Origin: Nymphaea colorata
Lineage: Eukaryota
Assembly: GCF_008831285.2 (NCBI RefSeq)
Contig: NC_045138.2
Location: 434,001 to 498,000, forward strand
Reading direction: 5' to 3'
Length of the DNA stretch: 64,000 bases
Shown here one piece after another: positions 56,382 through 64,000 of this stretch. The notes beneath the pieces were generated by a model, which ran no database searches, was not told the origin of the DNA, and saw only the letters and a list, made by a program, of their open reading frames with translations. Position numbers and translations under genes: made by a program. Position 1 is the stretch's first letter; each line of letters starts with the position of its first letter.

Positions 56382-57831
56382 GAGGTCGTTTGATTGTGTT
56401 GGAACACGGCGGAACAGAACAGACACGTTCTGTTTTGACAAAATTGACACAAACGTCGGACAGAGAACAGTAAAGACAGAACAGACAGAGAACGAAGGGT
56501 ATAAATAGGAGAGACGTTCGTGCGCGTTCCGTCGTTTACCACGGAACAGCACATCGAGGAACGCAGACTCTCCCCGTCCCCGAGCTCCTCTTGCCTCGCC
56601 CTTTCTCTTTCTTTCCCTCTCTCCTTCTCCTTCGTCTCCGCCCGACCTGCTCATTCTCTTCTGTCCGTCTCCTCCCGAGCTTCCCCTTCTCCTCCATCTC
56701 TGCCCCCGTCTCTGCCCCTTCTTCTCTGTCTCCGCCCCGAGCTGCCCCTTCTCTTCGTCTCCACCCGGTCGCTGCCCTAGCCCTTTCTCTTTCTATCCTT
56801 CTCCTTCGTCTCCGCCCCCTCGCCCTTTCTCTTTCTCATCCTGAAAATCTATTGCATCTTCACCAGCAGATCCTCCTCACCATCGCGGTGTGTGCCCTTC
56901 CATCTTTTTTTCTGTTCTTGAAGATTCCCACACACTTGCAATCCATCAGACTAATATCTTATTGATATTATGGAAATGAAAAAATTGTAAATGGTCTGCC
57001 AAATAACATGGTCCCGTGCCTGGCCAAGGGGCAGTAACTACAAGTGGACGGAAGAAGAGAGTAACTACAGTCTACAGGTATGCTCCTGAGCTTTTCCCCT
57101 TTCCATTTTGGAAGTAATGCATTTAAACTCGAAATGCTAGTCATATTGTTTGACACTGATGCTATCCCAAATTTGAATGCAGGTGATATGATAGTTGGAC
57201 CAACCAAAACTCCTTTCATGGACTAGATATCGACAGGCTTGACACAGTATTACCCAATTTTATGTTCTATGCCTAGAACGATCTTGCATGCCAAACGTTT
57301 GGCAAAATGTTTGAGAGAGAAATGCCAAACAAATGAATGAATGGCATTTGCTCTTGAAGTCGCTTTGAGGTCAGAGTAGCCTTGAGTTTGTAAGTATGGC
57401 ATGGGCACAAACAAATGAATGGGATCTTATGTTAATCATGTTATTCTGAAACTGATTTTCAGGTATTTTCTCTTCATTAAGATCGATCAATCTAAATGTG
57501 CACATGAATTTAGTTTAGAGAGAATGGAAAAGTCATAAAGAATTTGTGAATATGGTTATAACATGCGGCCCACAGGAGCAATGTGAATGGCTTCACAACT
57601 GTTCGTGTAGCTTCTTCACCTGCAGAACTTGGGAACCGATACTAGGATCTCCAAACACAAAAACAGAAAAAAAGAACCTAATGTGTTAGGAGCCTTGAAA
57701 GTTATGACAAATGTGGACTGTCAAAATTTGAAGCCCATATGGAAACCTCCATGTTTTCAATATCAGGTGAGATAGGAACATGGATAATCTGTATTGTCTC
57801 TAGCCTCTAGGCCATTTGAAGAACTCTCTCC

Positions 57832-57875
<44 letters not shown>

Positions 57876-58755
57876 AAAATCTGAAACCAGTCTGGGTCTA
57901 TCTTGGGCCCAACCTGACTCGCATTCCATATGTACAACTGTGTTTTATGTGCTCCGAAGTTACAGTAACATTGAAATTTAGACATGACGGCAGAAACATT
58001 TAAAAACCAATAAGCTTTGACAACATTGCCACATGACTGAGACATCATATACTACAAGTTTAATGCACACAATTGTCGGAGTCACTCTGTTCATCTGAGT
58101 TTGACGAATCTCTACATTTCAAGTACTACGTGAGTCTGTGATCTTAGCTGCTAGAGAAGAATGCGTAACCTATCGCCTATACACAATGCCCAATAACAAG
58201 AGAAAGAGCGAGAGAGGAAACAGACAGCCTTGGTTGCTTACCATTTGTCGTCATGAAGGCGGAGCCTTTTCTGCGGTGCTTTATTGAAGAACATAAGAGC
58301 AAGAAAAAAAAAAGAAGGAAATTGTAATGTTGCCTACTCTTGTCTCTATTTGTCCCAATCACATATCATAGACGAAATTTCATTTTTTATAATGATTATA
58401 AAATTTGTGGAGTGTAGTGATTATTTGGTCCTAATTGGAGATATATTATCAAATTTGTTTACTTGAATTCGGGTTTGAATATAATCTCATATTGTATCGG
58501 AACCATTGACATCCTTCTTAAACCCAAAGCGCTTCACGAGAAAATTTCTCTTAAAACAAACGTCAGACAGGACGGACAGAACAGATAGAACAGACGTATG
58601 CGAAACAAACGCTGGACAAAATGAACATTGTGTTCTGTTCCTAAAATCATCAAACGGTGGACAAGGAACACCATTATTCATGAGGACAGGACAGTAGTGT
58701 AATGGACAGGACGTCCTGTCCGTCCTGTCCCAGTGGACAGCAATCAAACAACCTC
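56382..58755. mobile_element. Non-autonomous PIF/Harbinger element, 2.37 kb
   Basis: TIR gaggtcgtttgattg / caatcaaacaacctc (14/15), TSD taa on both sides, and GACAG-rich subterminal repeats at both ends. Confidence 0.88.
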
Positions 58756-58758
58756 TAA

Positions 58759-58920
58759 GGACCAGTTTGACACCAAGATCACTGTAGGTGTGTTATAAAT
58801 CTGTCACAAATATTCAGACAGATTTATGGTAAAATTTATTCAGGTAGTCTACGAATATATCTAATATTTAGAAAAAATTCATGAAACAATCACACATTGT
58901 CCCTCACGCCAAACAGCCTC
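58759..58920. mobile_element. Possible Tourist-like MITE abutting the PIF element
   Basis: Imperfect TIR ggaccagtttgac / gccaaacagcctc next to the shared taa. Confidence 0.4.
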
Positions 58921-58992
58921 TACGGGATCCATTTGCAGACAAAAATAAAACGCATACGTAGAATTGGATTGGAGGATACACATGTATTTCTG

Positions 58993-59046
<54 letters not shown>

Positions 59047-62000
59047 TAACCGAGTTGACTAATGTTGTTTAAGTTGAAATATACACATCAGTCCAAAGCT
59101 GATGGAAATGATGCCAATGACGTAATGAACTTTGATACGTTAGACAAAAAAAAAAGTGAAGGAAAAATGTTGAAACGTGAATAGAGATTTACTTAAATCC
59201 TATGTACGCCCTTGTGAATAGATTATCCTTGGTTGCCTTATACAAGATCCTTGTTCTTTGATTAAAATAATATAAAGAGGGCAATTCTTCATTTTTTTTA
59301 CAGAAGAAAAGGATCTTTCCAGAAAATTCCATTTAGGGACATGACTTTTTGGTCATAATTGGTCTCAAACAAAATTCATGTTCACAAAGTATGTTGTTTA
59401 TTATGGTCTTTCACCTACGACGACCGCACCACGTGATGACATGTGGGAAAACTATACCATGTGCCGTTAGGTGGTCGGACCATCGTAGGTGGAAGGGCAA
59501 AACACCCAAGTCTTGTTCTTACTTTTATGATTTCTTAAATCTCAAATTTATTGATGTGGTCAAATAATGACCCAGCTTTCCCATTATCCCCTGACTCCGG
59601 TTAACATATGAGATCTGTTACATTATCATCAAAAGTTTGGCTAATATTAGGCTGAAGCATCTAATTTTTTTCTTGGCAATTGCTTCAGCCTTTCATGTTA
59701 AAAGTGAGGAAGTTTCCAACTGGTATTGACGATATATATGAATCATGAATGCAGCAGTCGAGAAAGCCACAATGGCCCCAAGCAGAGCCTCACATCTTGT
59801 TCTTACGATGGGAAATTCTCGTGACATTTTTAAATTTGTTTCAAGATTTTTGGAAAAAAGTGTGTCGTTGTGAAATGATACAAAAGTTAAAATGATAAGA
59901 GAGTTGAAAAATTGCTGAGAAAGAACAAAAAGCTTATTGTCGCTTTACTATGGAAGATCATAAAGCATGATCTTTTTCACTATGGAATTATTTTAATCTC
60001 CAAAAGTTTGACGACAAAATCCCACAGTTGTTCTAACAGCAATGACTGAATTCATGACTAAGCATCAAATTTCATTATGTTCCAAAGCCAGCCCTTGTCA
60101 ACATGAGGTGAAACGGACCACATGGTACCTGGACAGTGTGGTCCGGCACAGTTGAGACCAACTACAGCATGTGAGCTTGCGTCCACCTGGCCAATCGGAG
60201 ATCGCCAAGTGTCTACGTGCCTACACCGGAGTAGATTGGCCAGCTACTTGATAATTGGTATCTACAGTCGTATTGGCTCATTGTTTGACTCATATTGATC
60301 AAACCCACCTGCTGGGCTTTGGGGAACAGTTTCTCGAATCGATTCGGAAACCGATTTTGACAACATTGGTAAAATACCAGTAAAATTAATCCGCGCAATC
60401 GGACGATCTCTAACGACTATGTCTACATGGCTCTGTCACGAGAGTAGTACATTATCATCAAAAGTTTGGCTAATATTAGGAAAATAAAAATGTGGAGCCC
60501 GTTTTTTGAACTTAAGTCTAAAATTTGGGTCCCTAGGTGGAAATTTCCTGATCATTCTCTTGAACATATTTCTTCGCTGAGCCATGCCTAGATTTTGGTC
60601 ATTTTCATTTCTTTGATCATAATTTGGTTTCCTTGATTTCTAGATCTCTGCCTTTTCTTTTTTCATTATTTGCATTCCAAATCCTTGGATCATGATGACT
60701 CCAAATATTCCCCCACATCTTTTGAATGAAGGACCAATGCTTGACCCTTGTTATGATGGGTAATGAACAGTAGCCAATGCAAGCATTAGTCATGCATGTA
60801 TGCATGTAAGTATACATATAAATATGTGCATACATGCATATACACAGACATAAAAGTTCCACAGTCACAAAAAGCATGTTTTTTTTTTCAAAAAAATATG
60901 AAAAAACTGATAAATTAAAAAAATGTTAAAAACAAAAAAAATGTGTTTTAATACATTTTAATGTGTTTTTTCACCTTTTCATTTTTTTAATGCCAAACAG
61001 TTTTTTCTTTTTTCATTTTTTATTTTTTATTTGTGGATATCTACTTATCTTTTGATGTTTGTGTTCTTAGTTTCTCACCTTTTTTTAATTTTTAATTTAT
61101 TTTTATTTTTTATTTTTTAAAAAGTTTAGCGGACATTTTTCCTTTTTTTTTTTAAGTTCACCATATTATACTCAAGAAAAAACCTCACTGTTGAATGTGA
61201 CTATACAGAAAAATTATCCTCATTTAACCTGACTCAAAACTGACTTGAGGATGGTAGATAAGCCCTCTAGTAGACAAAAGGTTGTCTTGGGCTGTGGGTT
61301 GCAATCCTCTCACTTACTCAAAATAAACCTTCCGATTGGCTTCAATTTGTGTTAAAAAAAAGTTATCGACTAGCGTAACAAATAATATGACACAGAAGTA
61401 TATAAGTAGATCCTTGAAACTAAAAAAGAAAAAAAAACTTCAACAGGATCCAATTTTAACTCCAATATGATCTCACACTTTTGTGGTCTTGGGTAGATGT
61501 GTACCAACCCTCTCCTGCTTGAAAGAAGTGACTTCATGAAGCTTCAAGTCTGTAAATGGCCATTGACAGCTCAAGCACTTGCAGTTTAAAAAGATTTGGG
61601 TGGTGAAACTGAAACCACAACATTCAGTTCTTAATTCCAACTAATGCCCAAAAGCAAATGTTGTATGCTTTCAAATTAATGCATTCCTTCTATTGGATGA
61701 GAGTGAACATGCATTCCTGTGAAACATCTATTCATGTCAAGTTCTTGAAATAAAAAGGGTAACATTCTTTGCCACTAATGCTAATTTCCTTAATTGCGGG
61801 TTGGTTCTAATCGACCATACATTCATTAATTGGCACCTTCATTAATTTGGACATCCTATATGGGGGATTAGGTAGCTTCAGCTACTCGTAAGGCCGGCCA
61901 AGAAACAAAAAGCTATCTGCAAAGTAATTTCTCCTTATGAAAAGTTGCTTTTGCTTTTGCATTTTCTTTCTTAGAAATTTTTATTTGTTGATAGGAACCG

Positions 62001-62930
62001 ACAAGTTCATCTTTAACTGGTACTATCTCGAATTTAAGCCAAATGTACTCTCTCTCTCTCTCTCTTATAGATATATATATATATCTGTCAAATGCAGAAC
62101 AGTCGCCAGATAACCAAAATTTGAAAACTTACTACTGAATAGACTAAAATAGTTGCTAAGGCCTTGATAAACCATAGGCCTGCCAGGAAATACATATGCT
62201 AATGGGAATATAGTAATTATTTGTTAGCATCAAGTTTTTAAATTTTGTTCTAATGAAGCGTGTTATAGGAAGCTACCCATTTGCAGCCGTAAAGCTTAAC
62301 AAGCTTTGTCAGCTTAATTACTTCGTCCCATTCACTGGGTTTGCTTGGTCAACGAAGCCGATCTAGCACGAAATGGGCTAAGCCAAGAATTATTCCATAC
62401 AAACACACAATAAAAGATTGTGTCCCCGTCAAGAATTAAAAGCCAATCGACCAAATTTTCAATTACCACTGACGTATTGACTTACTTTTAAAGCCAAAAC
62501 CTTCAGATTTTCCACAAGGTGCAACCGATCGTCCTTTCCGTCTGTTCATACCCAATGAGAAAGAGAATTGAAGAATATATTAATCTTTTAACGGTTTCTC
62601 AATAACAGAAGAAAGTCTTTTATATATATATATATATAGGACATCAAATCTGAGCCATCCGATCCTAGATCGGATGGCCCAGGCATCCCTTCCTCTCTCC
62701 CCACTCTTATTGCAACCGGAGCCCCGGCAGCTCTGCTCCTGGCAAGAGCAGAGCTGCCGGGGCTCCGGTTGCCTCTGCCCATCGCCGGGTGGTGGTTATC
62801 CGGACAATACGGCAGGGGGAGCAGCGGAGCTCATTGCCGGTTGGAGAGGAAGAGAGAAAAAAGAAGTCAAGAGTTCAGAGAAGAAGGGAGGGAGAAATTT
62901 GGACCGTCTGTTGTAAAATCGAACAGTCCA

Positions 62931-62986
<56 letters not shown>

Positions 62987-64000
62987 TCGAGTTTTCTCCG
63001 TTCACGAGCAAAAGAAAAATGGGGGAGACGCAACTGCATGCGCATAAAAAACTATTTAATTAGATAGACAGTTTAACTACGTACCAATATAAAAGTAACA
63101 AGGTGAAGGAACAAAGAGGAAAATAGTAATAAAAAAGCTCACGCTTCATATCTACATGCATACTTGTCCTCTAAGCCATGCCTTGAGTTGGTGTTTTTTT
63201 TATGCAAAGACACATACGTCATCGGTTCATACATCCAAACCACCCTGAATATGATTTTTTTCTTTTTTTTGGGCGCAAGAGGATGCATCTAGTTAAACAA
63301 TCCAGATTGCTGATACTTAAATAATTTATTCGAGAGTTAGATTAGAATCCGTAACAAATTTTGTTTTTTCTTTTTGAAAATGGGAGAGAGCTAATATTGA
63401 AGTACCATGTAGCATGTGATCTAGAGAAAGATTAATGCATGAATTAAATTTGTCAACTTTCTTGTTTATGGTGTCAAGAAGGTTGAGTAATTAGGAGTAA
63501 TTAGGTAGCCAAAATGCGAGCCGATGCTTGATTTGTTCCACGAAGACCTCACTAGCGTGTTTTTAATTTGCAGCTTATATATGTTTCTGAATTTGATAAG
63601 AATCAACCAGCAAAGGTGAGCAAAGAATTTTATGTCACTTCAAAACCAACGGGCACGTATAATAAAATCAAGTGACTTGAAAAATATATTTATATGTCAA
63701 AAACATGGTTTATATATATATATATATATGAATTTTTTTGGGAAGAATGGTAGTTAAATAGATAGAAGAAATGATATTATTATATCTAACTAATTAACAA
63801 GGCTGAAGTACACGGTAGAACTAACATAAATAACATCCAGTATTCTTTTGTCAACAAAGCTAATATAAAAATGTTATGAACTGATGCATGAACTATTTAT
63901 TTGGCTGAAACTTTTAATGAATACGACAGGAAGATTTAATATGAACATCTAATTTCTAAAGGGCCAAACGAACACTAGGGACAAAGTTATTTTCTCTAAC

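Noticed and set aside
56319..56965. Overlapping 86-124 aa ORFs
   Set aside because: Low-complexity CT-rich sequence within the PIF element with no recognisable domain.

Overview
Repeat-rich flowering-plant nuclear DNA: spliceosomal introns, long (TA)n tracts, LTR retrotransposons and plastid-derived DNA. It is organised as a diverged direct segmental duplication. Unit 1 spans <=1..~17550 and unit 2 spans 27602..~63096. Each unit carries a 10-exon plant alcohol dehydrogenase (ADH1-like) gene and a convergent root-cap/LEA-related gene, and all four copies are pseudogenes. Unit 1 ADH was cut in exon 9 by a Tat/Ogre-type Gypsy element, which was later truncated by a microhomology-joined deletion. 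Unit 2 ADH has a very young Copia with identical LTRs in its promoter. Its intron 1 holds an older copy of the same family in the opposite orientation, and that copy contains a nested Tnt1/Tork-like Copia. A four-piece plastid mosaic (rpl32, rrn23, two ycf2 pieces) sits exactly where unit 1 lacks several kb present in unit 2. hAT and PIF/Tourist non-autonomous elements and a set of (TA)n-embedded TIR elements fill the intergenic space. The only long open CDS is the Copia polyprotein, and I see no intact host gene. All alignments and identities were judged by eye; no database searches were run.
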